DNA of 64,000 bases from NCBI GenBank assembly GCA_036172245.1, contig JAYWIR010000013.1, positions 744,001 through 808,000 on the forward strand, in the 5' to 3' direction. Source of the DNA: Raillietiella orientalis. Lineage: Eukaryota. The translations under genes and the position numbers were made by a program. Shown here piece by piece: positions 50,546 to 62,231 of this stretch (within the stretch, counting starts at the first letter, position 1; each line of letters starts with the position of its first letter). Under the pieces are notes generated by a model. It had not been told where the DNA came from. It searched no databases and saw only the letters and a program-made list of their open reading frames with translations.

Positions 50546-53500
50546 CCTTGCAGGCCAACACAAATCTTCACATATCTTATCAAGAATTACCAACATTGGG
50601 TATGGGTTACGCATATTTTATTTCGGGAAACTTTCAACCAGCAGTCTATATTAGTAGCGCTGTAACATTATGCCCAATGTACAAGATTCTGATAAAATAC
50701 AAATTGCTAAGTTACATCCATTAAGTTTTCTCGAGAATTCTTCTGTCACTCCTTTTTCGTCTCTCTTCATGTAGGTGATACTCATTTGGTTTCACAATGT
50801 TGTAGTTTAAAGAAAGAATAATTTGGAAATGTAAATATGTGTTGGATTCGAAACCCCCTTTCTGGCTATCATCGTTTGAAAATATTCTATCAAAATGGCA
50901 ATACTTTTCACAATAAAGATTTCCCTTTTCATTCTCTCAGTATGCTTCTTACTCACGATGGGAATCTTTCACAGTCTCCTCTTCACCTGAATGAGATTTT
51001 TTTAAAAAATTCTAAATAATTCTGAGATTTTTTCTAATGTTGAAATCTTTTCTACGGTGCTGCTTCACTTTGGACGTAATATTAAAATGTTATGAAAAAT
51101 CCTAACCTCTACAATAAAGCAGGGTAATTATTTTATCACATCGACTCATTTTCAAAAAGTTAACCATCTTAAAATTACATAATATTCTGAAATTAGGATC
51201 TCCAAAGATTCAGTTTATTCCAGGTCTTGGAATTATCATTTTCATAATCACATCCGACTGATTTATTCATTTCTCCTATTATCAACTGTCAATTCAGCTA
51301 ATCCACTTTGTCCATTACGGTGTTTATTCTTCTAAAAGATACGTTACAACTTTCTACTTTTATATTTGGAACACCGTCAGGACTAAAACTTGATCTTACA
51401 ATTTACAGAGGATGGGGAAGAACATACAAGATGCGTGCCAAAGAAAATGCAAGTGTTTTAAAATACAAGTGATTAAGAAGAAATCCCACAAGTGAAAAAC
51501 AGTAATGATAAAAAACGATGGAAAACGGAGATGCTTTAGATCTCTTTGGAAAGTTAAACTGTTGATTAAAACAAAGTCAGGACAAACTGAAAGCGTTAAA
51601 AAACTAAACAGAAGTCTAGAAAATCAGTTTCTTAGAAATGGGACTTATGTAAGGCGGAAAGAAAGAAAACAATGCCAGATAGAGTGAAGTTCAATGGACT
51701 TGATTCGTGAGGCAGTTCGTCTAAAAGAAGAAACTGCAAATATTAGCAATAAGATGCATGTGAGCAGAAAGTTTTCAAAAGAAATAGAAATAGACAAGAA
51801 ATCCAAAAAGAAATTTTTCGGAAATGAAAATGAGAACAAACAATATTAAAGCCATGAATAGGAAAAGCATGAATGCGTTTTAAAGACGTGTCCAAATGAG
51901 AGATGTTGGTCTATAACTTGTATCAAAAAAAAACAAAGATCCCCATTCATAAATGGAGTAGATATTGAAACCATTATCCTGTTGATTCTTAATGCACTGC
52001 ATTTGGGAAAATTGCAAAAAGATTTTCAGTATTTAGGTTTACTTTGATAAGTTTGGTTAAGGTCTATCTATTCTTTAAATACAACAGGGAATCCATAAAT
52101 TAATAACCTTAGACAAGGTTCTTAGACCTTGTTCTTAGACATCGTTTTCTTGCATGCCACGAGTGTCTGCATCCAAAAAAGATCGAACTCTTTGAAAGAT
52201 GTTCAGAGAGGAGTGCATAGAGAACTGTCACTCGAAAATTGAGTCCAAGGAAGAATCATTCAGTTTCAGTGGAAACGACTAATTCAATTCTGATGAGGTT
52301 TTCTGAAAAATGACGTGACTGATGCCAAACAAAGGCAAGCATTTATTCAATCAGGGTAAGACAGAAATCAGATCGAATGATGTGATCGCACCTTATTAAA
52401 AACCCATGGAATGAGGTGTATAGGGGAACGTAAAAAACATAACACTAAAAAGTGTCTAAACTAAAATCACAGGTGAATAGGTTAATGTATACAATCCCAT
52501 AATAAGTCACATGTCTAGAAACATAGTGAATACATAATAAACTGGAAGCAAAGAATTGAAAAATTGACAAGAGCAGCGTTTAAGAATCGTACTGCAAAGC
52601 GTATGGCAAAATGTGGATACCAATAGAGAATGGTAAAACCTCTTTGTGGAGGAGATGATTTTTTGCGTCAGAATTGCAAAAAGTGTTAGAGATATTTTAT
52701 AGATAGAACCTGAGAAGTTGAAATGATTAAAATGAGGAAGACATTACTACATGTAAGATCCACACTCTTCATGGTCACTCAGGGTGGAAACCATATTGGC
52801 ATTGATGACACAAGACATGATGCAAAGCTCACATTCGCATCAGAAATGCAAAGAACATATTTATGTCTTGAAGGGAATATATTAATTTTATTTCTGCATT
52901 TGAATTCTCTCATAACAAATGCAGTCATTTCGTAAGATCAGAAGTATACTTTACAATGAGATGGTCAACTTTTAGTGCGGATGACAGGAGAACCATTTTG
53001 TTTTAATTCGTGTACTTTTTTGTGTGCCATGATCTAAATCATCAGGTGTAGCATGCTGGTATCCCTAATTTGCTCTGACTTTCTTTCGCTTGTCTTTCTC
53101 AAATTTTTTCAGGTCTTTTTGAAATCGATACTGATTGAATCCCTCTAACTATGTTTTCTGGCTTCCTTTCTTTTTTCCATATTGCTCAATTCCCTTGGGG
53201 GTCATGCAAAAAACGCATACAAAAAAAATGATTATTTGCTCTGATTCTGTAATCTTGGTTCTATGGAATAAGCTTTGCATCATTGCTGTAGGATCGCGCA
53301 TCGTAAATTTGTCTGCTGTCAGGCTGTCTTTTGGTCTTTAAACCATGGCAGCTCGTTGCAATAATAAATACAGGGGTGTGCTGCAGTGGACTGCTCTTTT
53401 ACTAAATTTTTCCCTCCTCCCCTCCCCTCCCCACCTTTTTTTTTTTTTTTTTCAGAAATAAACCCTGACATGACGTTTGCTGAAGCAATGTGGATGAAAA

Positions 53501-53940
53501 GGCCTAAGCGCGAGAGACCAAAAACGAAGTGGATGCGAAGTGCCGACGAAACCGGATCCAAGCCATTGAACAGACTGGTGTGCGTGCCACGGGCTAACCG
53601 AGAGACACGGTACGTGTCCTAGCAACTGCACCGTCCACGGTTACGAAATCACCTTGGAGCCCGTTTCTTTAACCTAAGGAGGTGCCCCTTTTTTCGACAG
53701 AGGATGCACCACTGCCATCTTACAAGCGAGCACCACGCCAGTCGCTGAGCTGGGTCGGCATAATTACCAGCGTGCGCAGTACAGATGGGGTTTCTGAAAA
53801 ACAGGCGTGGCTGTTGGTAGTTGAAAACTTTACCTGATACCCCGCCTAGGCAGCGTGAATACCGCTGCCGCGGCAATTTTTGTGTGCTCTGACGGGGCAA
53901 ATAACTGTGAAAAGTGAGTGAGTGACCAGCGTGGTGCAGG

Positions 53941-55146
53941 ATGGAGGCGCCGAAACCACCCAGATCGGCCCACCACAAAGACCCCCATCCCAAGAGGAGC
54001 GAGAAAATGCGTTCGGTGGAGGTAGAAGCAGGTCCATCGACAGAGCAAGCGACGACAACAGCAGCTGCGAAAGTAGGTCAGGCACCCGCATCGCCATCGT
54101 GCGCTAGCGTGGCCGCGTCCGCCCCATCCGTCAAGCCCGAGTCTTTCGTGGGGAACAGCGTAATCGTTGGAAGAGAGATAACAAGGGGTTCAGGACCACT
54201 GAGAAAGTTCGGCCCCGAAGTGACCGTCGTCACCTTCCCCATGGGCCGACTCACCAACAATGCGGTCCGCGACATTTACCTCGCGATCCACCGCAAGAAG
54301 ATCGATTTCAAGTGGATCAAGGCCATCGTTCCGTTCGTCGGGGGATTTTCCGTATACACGGACAATCTCGAAATCATCGACGACCTAGTGGACAACGGAC
54401 TGGAGATCAGTGGAAGGCTCCTCCGCGGAGTATCGGAACACGCAGCCGCGACGGTGTACCTGTCAGGCCTGCATCCGATGACGGAAGGAGACGCCGTATG
54501 GGAGTACTTCAGCCAATATGGCGATATCGTTTGCTTCAGGGAAACCGTCTACCACGAAGACACCTTCGGGGGAGAAGCCATCCTGAAGCTGAGGATGACG
54601 AAAGGGGCGAAGATCCCAAGCGTCGTTCGCATCGACGACCATTCGCCCAACGTGCGTGTGGCATACCAGGAGAAGCCCGACTTCTGCCGCACCTGCATGG
54701 TCTTCGGACACAGGGCGGCGACCTGCTGTGACCGCAAGTGCAGGCACTGCGGCAAACCCGGGCACCCTGAAACCGAGTGCGAGCGCCCCAAGCGATGCTA
54801 TTTTTGCAAAGCTGGAGGCCATGAGAGGAAGGATTGTCTGCGGTACAAGGAGTGGCAAGCCTTCCAAGAAGAAATGATGAAGCAGAGGAAGCAAAACTCT
54901 GCCGATACACCGGAGGAAGTGCCAACCCCCTCCCCGGCGTCGGATACCCCCGCAAAAGGCGGGAGGACGCCGGTAAAGGAGAAGAAGACCGTGACCCGGG
55001 AAGAGCCTGCAACTAGGGCAGCACCCGCCCCCACGACTCCCGCGAGGGAGATCAGGAGAAAAGCTACAGCCGAAGAGCTGCATGCGGAACTCGACGACCT
55101 GCTCTCCTCAATTAATGAGATCGCTAATAAGCGGCAGAAGGAGTAA
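53941..55146 (+). CDS. Retrotransposon ORF1 (RRM-like domain plus three CCHC zinc knuckles; Tx1 ORF1/ZCCHC3-like), 401 aa open frame
   Basis: TVYLSGLHP..VWEYFSQYGDI (RRM-like); CRTCMVFGHRAATC, CRHCGKPGHPETEC, CYFCKAGGHERKDC; low-complexity P/T/A/K tail. Confidence 0.85.
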   Translation: MEAPKPPRSAHHKDPHPKRSEKMRSVEVEAGPSTEQATTTAAAKVGQAPASPSCASVAASAPSVKPESFVGNSVIVGREITRGSGPLRKFGPEVTVVTFPMGRLTNNAVRDIYLAIHRKKIDFKWIKAIVPFVGGFSVYTDNLEIIDDLVDNGLEISGRLLRGVSEHAAATVYLSGLHPMTEGDAVWEYFSQYGDIVCFRETVYHEDTFGGEAILKLRMTKGAKIPSVVRIDDHSPNVRVAYQEKPDFCRTCMVFGHRAATCCDRKCRHCGKPGHPETECERPKRCYFCKAGGHERKDCLRYKEWQAFQEEMMKQRKQNSADTPEEVPTPSPASDTPAKGGRTPVKEKKTVTREEPATRAAPAPTTPAREIRRKATAEELHAELDDLLSSINEIANKRQKE

Positions 55147-55515
55147 GCATTCCAGCACTCGAAAGATCTGCTGGAACGTCTAAGGCCAAAAGCCATTTCG
55201 CCTCAGGAGGCGATGCATCTAGAGGATCAGGTGTATGTCAAGGTGTATTTCCCCCTCCTATCCTTTCGGAAGAGGACCGAAAAAGGGGGAGGAAAGACCG
55301 CTGGCGCCGAACAGCCCCGAGGCGAGAGCAACCCCAGAAGGGGAAGAGAGTGCAGCGAGCTGCTACACCTCGGAGGAGGATATCCCCGACAAGGAAGTAG
55401 CAGCGGTACAACAGACGAAGAATCAAAGCAGGAGGAACACGTGCGCCTAGAAAATCAAAGCATAACTGGCCAAGAAAAAGAGAAGAATGAACTAAGTGAC
55501 TCAGCCGTCCCCAAA

Positions 55516-58500
55516 TGGTGCAGTTCCTTTCGTCGATCCGAAAGATCGGATTCGCTTCTTGGAACATCAACGGGTGGACGAAAAGGAGGTATATGAAGTG
55601 ACTGTTGCGGCAGGAAGACATCTTCTGCTTGCAGGAAACGCACTCCATGACGCCGGAAGCATGCGAAGAACTTGCGAGAGGTCTGCAAGTGGACATCCAC
55701 GTCAACTAGGGCTTAATCAATCGCAAGGGCGTCGCCAATCTTGTGAAGCAGACCCTCTACCCAACTGTCCTGGAGATATTTGTTTTGATGGTATCTATCT
55801 ATCTTCCGGACCACGCCATCCTCAGGATGATGTGGTCCGGAAGCGTCCACCTCTTCGTGGTGAACGTGTACGGACCACTGTTCAGGAAGAAGCCCTTCGT
55901 GAACGGAGTTGGTAAAGAGCAAGGTCACCTCGAAGGACGTCGTCGTGATTCGTGGGAGACTTCAACGTTCGTCTGGACGGCAGTCGCCACGACAAGACGG
56001 GCGCCCACAACGCCTACCGGCACATGGTGGGCGCACTCGCCCTCCTATGCACGGGGGCGAGCATGACCTGCATCGACCACGTCATGTATTCAGAAGCTCT
56101 CGTCAATCGCATCCAGAGGATCCGAGAACTAAACACCGGAGTCTCGGACCATCCCCTGCTGGGATAGAAAATGGTGTCGAGGAATCCCAGGAAGGAAAAC
56201 TCAGTAGCCCGGGCGGCGCTCATCTGCATGCCCGAGTGGTACGAGCGTTTCCCCCCGTACTAGCGCGTCGTGGAGACCATCCTGGCCACGACCCACATCC
56301 TGCGCGTGCACAATTGTGACACCCTCAAACACACCCTGCATCTCTTCTCGAACCTGCAATACGGCGATCCTATCCGGCGATATACCTCCACGAGGAAGCG
56401 TACAGGGAGATCCAACAACTCTACCCCTCCCAATCTGCGTACTGGGAAGAGTATCAGAGATGCTTCCTTGACAGGAGCGTCAAGAAAGAAATCGGGCAGC
56501 TGGAAAAACGAAACCTGGAGACGAACATCTCCCACGTCCGTTACCAGGATCAGGACTGCAGAACCTCGAACCAAGTGCTCGCTGACTTCCAGCATCACTA
56601 TTCCGAGCTGTTCAGGAAAAGGAATCCGGATCCGGGAGGCCAGGAGCGGATTCTCTGCAAATTGAAGCTCCTAGCCCCCCAAGAACTACATGACCTTGAT
56701 CAGGACTGCACAGACGGCGAGGTCAAAGCCACGTGTCAACGGGCTGCGCGAGGACATGGCAGTGGATCCCGACAGCGTGCCGTCACGCATTACGAGAAGC
56801 ACCTGCCTGCCTACTTGCGCCTTTTCCGTCAGCTGCTAGACTGCACCCGCAGAAAAGGACGACCGCTCGCCTCCTTCCACCCCAGCAGGAGGAGGCTACT
56901 CCCGAAGAGCGGCGGGACCTCCGCAATGTGACTCAGTGGAGGTCCATTTCCGTCCTGAACTCGGACGCGAAGTGAATGGTAAAACTCTGGGCCAACCGGC
57001 TGAAGAAATCGCGGAATGCGGTAGTTCCTCCCACGCAGACGTGTGGCGTGCCAGGCAGACGCATGTGGAACAACGTCAAGTGCTCACCAAGCCCTTCTGG
57101 GATACAACCATATGCCTGGTAACGACCTGGTGCTGGGCTCCACCAACCTGGAGAAGACTTTGGACTCAGTGGACCACTCCGTGCTGCTGAAGATTCTGGG
57201 GAAGCTGGGATTCGAAGGGAAATTTCTGCATTACGTGGCATACCCTGGAGGAGATCAACTTCACGATCAGCGTCAACGAGCTCGCGTCGCAGAACATCCA
57301 GATGGGGAGAGGAGTCCGGCAGGGAGATGCCCTGAGCCCCCTGCTCTTTGGTCTATACATGAGAGGCGGTGAGCACCTTCGTCGACCACGAGAGCAGAAA
57401 CCAACATCACGCACCTGGCCTACGCCGACGATCCGCTTTCCGTCATGTCGGACGAGCGGGATCAGAAGACATTCCTGGACATCGTTCAGGCCTTGAAGTG
57501 CTGCCTTGGACTCGGAAGGTGAATCCCAGCAAGTCGCATCTGCTCGCCGTGGGAATGCCGGACGTCACTGTCCTCGCGCAGCTTGGCTAGAATGGCCAAG
57601 ATGCGCGAAGAATCCAGCCAATACGTCGAAACCTCCTCGCAGAAGGACGAGGTCAATCTCAGGAACGGTATGATGGCGTCCAAGTTCCTCTTCGCCGCGT
57701 CTTTTCTCTCGATTCCTTCGATAACGGCAAAACAGCTAGTTTGTCATCCAGAGGAATCTTGTCTGGAGCGGCGTTAGAAGACCCAAGACAAAGTTGAAAT
57801 ACCTGTGTCGCTCGCGCACGGAAGGAGATACCAGCATGCGCAACATCGCTAATGCCGTCAAGCTCCAGGATCTCAGACATCTGGTCTGGATCGTCAGCGC
57901 ATGGGACGAGTGGCTCAAGCATGGCGCTCACCTCGAGTGGCCGTTCACGTTCCACCGTGCCTTCGCAGGGCTGGTGCACGGGACCGACGGCCTCATGTCC
58001 GCCATGGCGCTCACCGCGGGCGACTGGAAGAATGTGGACCCAACGTGGCCACGAATCCGGCGTCTCGTAGGGAATTTGAAACTGAAAATCGTTTCAAGGA
58101 GCGGGGAGCTCTGCGGAAAAGAGCTCGCCAAGGTGATCCCGCTGTTTGTCAGCGCCCCTTGGGAAACTGGAATATAGATCCAGAAGACAAAAAAGATGAC
58201 CATGCAGACATGCGAGCGACCGTCGAGCAGCGTGGTCATCCACTCACGACAAGTGCTTGCGTGAAGAGGATAATAGAGGGGAGACGCATAGGATGCGTGA
58301 GCTTTGGCAAGACCAAGGCACCTCGTGGTCCAGGATGAACCCCCAAGTAAACAACCTAAGGATGCCGGAAGACGTCGCACCATCCAAAGCGAAGGGAAAG
58401 ATGAGATGCAGGCTAGGCAATGTTACCCTCTACCCACAGGCGATCGGGACGGTCCTGTGGAGATCCTCCTTGTCGCCTAGCATCCAGGATTGCCTCTCGA

Positions 58501-58700
58501 TGATCTACTATGTTGGCATCCTGTGCAGCACGAGGCTCCAACACTGTGGCGGGAACTCCGGTGACGACCAGTGTCCAGCGTGCGGGTCGATAGAAGACAC
58601 TGGACATGACAACTGACAAGGACAACTGACGCATGCACACGTGTGCAATGCTCTGAATATTTTATCAGGATTCCTGAAAAAGGCATCCTTACAAGAATGC
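55516..58700 (+). pseudogene. Retrotransposon ORF2 pseudogene (AP endonuclease, reverse transcriptase, C-terminal zinc finger)
   Basis: APE motifs SWNING, LQETH, VVNVYGP, GDFNV, IDHVMYS, SDHPLL. RT motifs WRSISVLNSDAK, LEKTLDSVDH, GVRQGDALSPLLF, LAYADD, VNPSKS. C-terminal CPACGSIEDTGH. At least ten stops/frameshifts. Confidence 0.92.
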
Positions 58701-58924
58701 AGAAGACACCCACCAGCACACAGTGATCCCTTCCTGACTCCCTCCTCCCTCTTTTCCAATTTTTTGTATTTTTTCCTGTTCGTTTGTCTCCCATTCCCCT
58801 GTGCTGCCGTGGCGAACCTCGCTGGCCTGCGCGCCGGTTCTTGGCAGGTCCTTTTTGTACATTTTGTAATGCGGAAGGATCACGCATCTTGCCACTGACC
58901 TCTATGTTTATTTTTAACAAATAA

Positions 58925-59845
58925 ACACCCCGGCGTGACCGGGTGTCAAACCCCGCAGTACGACGCTGATCGGCCTGTTTGGGAGCGCCACCGGTGGGAG
59001 CCAGAGGTCCCCTTCGACTGATCGGGATCGGAGGTGACCTTCCGTGGTCCTCCCAGGAGCCCTCCGGGGTGAGAATGAAAGTCTTGCTGTAGAGCTGATG
59101 GCATCTCTCCGGGATGTGAAGAAGCACGCCACACCCTTCGGAGAACGCTCTTCAGGAAAATCCTTCGGAAGGAAGCGGGCAGCCCCGCCGGAGGAATGAC
59201 TCCCACGAACCGGGGGCCCCTCCGGAGAGAATGGAGACGAAGGAGTCCCCATTCTCTTTAGCGTATGGGGAAGGGGACTCCCTTCCCCCGGAGTCTCTCT
59301 GGACTCGTGGGGTGGTCCCCTACAACTTGAGCTGAAGAAGAGCTACGTGCACCCGCGAAGGGGCGTGGAACGCTGTTGGAGAGGAGGCGGGCGGTTCCTT
59401 AGCACTTGACGAACCCCCAGGAAGAAGGGAGGTACGAAACGGCGGTGAGGAGGCCGTGGAGAAGCGCGGCCCGCTGAGGAAGAGGCGCGCGCGCAATGCG
59501 ACCGCTTCAGTAGCAGCGCCCGCCGCTTCTGCCTCGCTGGCGTGGCTACGCGCGCAGTTTCGGGCGGGGAGGGAGGGGAGAGTGTCCATCTCGGTGCAGG
59601 GCGAGCGCGAGATGCGGGGTCACCCCCGCCTGGGGGCCAGCGGCTGCGGTTGCGCCGCCCCCTTCGCCCGCGGGACCTCTCGCAGCGCACCGGGGAGCTG
59701 AGCGGGTGGGTGCCTCGCGGAGTCGATTCGCCGGCGCGAAGGCGGGGAAGGCGACCTTTGAGACCCCGGGGATCGGGGCACGGTCCAGCCCATTTGAGGC
59801 CTGCTGAACACTTCTTATGGAAGAGAGAGGTACAAGTTGATAAAA
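58925..59845 (+). other. GC-rich, hairpin-dense non-coding module directly after the retrotransposon polyA signal (putative structured RNA/repeat)
   Basis: Stems read by eye: ACACC..GGTGT (58925-58946), ACCCCGC/GTGGGGT (58950/59313), CGGAGG/CTTCCG, CCTCCGG/CCGGAGG, AGAGAATGGAGAC/GTCCCCATTCTCT, GGGGAAGGG/CCCTTCCCC, GAGTC/GACTC. Ends in GTTGATAAAAAA. No credible ORF. Confidence 0.5.
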
Positions 59846-62231
59846 AAGCCTTGTTGGTTTTCTGTTCTTCATTTAATTACTTCTGGAGGGAGGAGGCACC
59901 TTCGTCTGGAAGCTCCGAACAGGAAACAATTGCTTCCTGACTGAATCGACTGTTCCGTTCGTGATCAGTGAAATGTGCCAGTGTTTTGGGTGCGTGAAGA
60001 AAGCACGATGGCTCCTTGGAACACGAATTGTTTGAAGCCTGGAAGGAATTCTCATCCAAGGGTCTACTTGTTGTGGCGACGAAATTCCTCCGCGTCCGCC
60101 AGAAGATTGCGCGCGCGCGCGTGTGGTACTGATTTCGTAAACGAGTACTTCGATCTTCGATATTAGCGACCTCTGTTCCCGCTTATGGTGAACTGTAGAC
60201 GTAAAAGAGTTGCAAATAGAGTCCTGTCGGGTGTCGAGTGGAAGATTGTCTGCTGGGTGGATTGGAAGGGAGGCGTTTCCACCCGTCACGTTTCTTCCCT
60301 GGCAGTAGCACCCTGCCATTCAGAAGGGAGCTCTCCGGACTGTTCTCCATATGTACTGTACACTTTTCGCTTTACTCAAAAGCCACGGACAGATGGAAAT
60401 ACGCAGTACACGTAGGTTGTTGTATCTGCTCCTGAGGACAAGCCGAGGCGGAAAAGAGCCTCGGGTCGGCAAACATATTCAGTGAGGCACGACTGGAATT
60501 TGTCCGAGGTGGATCTCATGGTCGTCACTAACGCATACATGAGTGAAGTTTCCCTTTAAACGGGATGGTAGTGCACCAGAGTCACGCTGAATTGATACAG
60601 GGGTATAATTTCCAGCAGGATTATGCTGACCTGGGGCTCCGACAGAATGACTCGGTTCAGTTGATTGAGCGACGGAGTGGACTGGGAGTTAAAAGCAAGA
60701 ACTGTGTCGTGGCACAGAGGATCAGTTAACAACAAACAACTTTATTTTATTAAGGACACAGACATCCTGTTTTGCTGATATAAGTTCCAAATTAGGTTTC
60801 AGGTAACGTTACAACTAAATATACGATCCCAGACTCATGCGACCCAGCTTGATGTCAAAACTTCAGTGGTTCCCAGTAAAATCCGAAAGTTCTTCTTCGG
60901 AAAGCCATTTCCTGCAGATTCACACTATGAAAATTGCTTCTGTGTTTCCTTCGGTCAAACTTTGATGGCATAAAATTGGATCTTGGTCAGCATCCACTCA
61001 TACCACTGCACAAGCTTGGCATATGCGTCAGTGGAAAAAAACATTTCCTTTTCAGCCTGGGGACGTCTTCACAGTACTGCCACTGTCAGCCAATTTCTTA
61101 AGTGTCTAAGAGACCCTGGGTATTTGCGTGCAGTTCTGTCTCCACAAGTTCTACTCTCAAAAAGCAAATGAATTAGGATCTCAAAACGCAATCGAAAAGC
61201 AGGAACAGAATAAAAACCAGAAACCACCCACATACGAAATGCTACCATGAGTATTGCACATGTAGCATGCCGTTTGCATGCATTACTGCCCGCATTGCTT
61301 TCAATGCATGTGAAACAGATCACTGCAAGAATCTACGCAAATTTTTCAGGGAACGTACATTTGCCAATTCCGTTCGCTGTAAAGCAAAACGTGCAAAGGG
61401 AAGAAATCGATGTATCCCGAAGCAGGAACATCCTGGCTGCGGACTTTGGTGGAACGACTCAACTGGGCTGGCTAAACACACACGCACAAACCGTTAAAAC
61501 GCAGACAGAATATGTGAATGGCATATCAAGTCAGAGCTAATCAAATATAAACGAATAACTATTTCCGTATTTTGATCTCCGAGAGTGAATTACCTTTATT
61601 AATAGTATAATTCACATAAATAAAGCAAAATTTGGAAAGTGCTGACTATGTCCCTTGCTACATCTACATAGGGTTGTGTTAGGGAACCAAGCCGAAAATC
61701 CAGCACAACAACCCTTGTTTTTTATACACAACAGCCGAAACAGAGTTCGAAATTCATCAAATGGATCTTCTGCTCACTGCACGCCAAGACTTTCGTTAGT
61801 CCTTAATTTTGCATTGGTGGAATTTATCACATATTGTGCAAGTATTCCTAAGCCAATCCTACCACAATATCTCATCACTTCATTCAAGCAAAATGGATAA
61901 AGCTTCGCGAATTAGTTCCTGGATACGAAGACGCTAGTATCTCGAACATGTTGGCACGAAGAAAGCAAATACTGTTTCAGGACAAGGGGCTAGCATTCGA
62001 GAAAGAGATCAGGCAATAAATATAACCGTTTTCTTCATGGTTTGCTATTCCGTTTTTATTGAGCAAAACACACTAAATAATTGTTTTCTAAATCGTATTA
62101 CCATTGCTAGCATCCCATATAAGAAATTAAAATGACTTAGCACATCTAATACAATACACATTGGTAGTGAAGCGCCTCATGAGAAATGCTGAGTTTTCAT
62201 TACCATTGAACTATGTGAGGAAAAGTGATGC

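Larger units (their letters stand above)
53456..58925 (+). mobile_element. Near full-length Tx1/L1-clade non-LTR retrotransposon (5' UTR, ORF1, decayed ORF2, pyrimidine-rich 3' UTR, AAATAAA)
   Basis: GC-rich block in an AT-rich background. Gag-like ORF1, APE-RT-CCHC ORF2 remnant, and AAATAAA at 58919-58925. The 5' boundary is inferred from the composition change. Confidence 0.88.

Noticed and set aside
58800..58850. CCTCGCTGGC...GCGCCGG resembling an HDV ribozyme L3/P3
   Set aside because: The required P3 5' strand and the P1/P2 pairings are absent.
59320..59940. Overlapping Arg/Pro/Ala/Gly-rich ORFs on both strands
   Set aside because: By-product of very high GC content; no domain-like sequence.
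59880..60700. Moderately GC-rich stretch with an IFWRTRRNF-like peptide on the minus strand
   Set aside because: May be another decayed retroelement tail, but the evidence is too thin to annotate.
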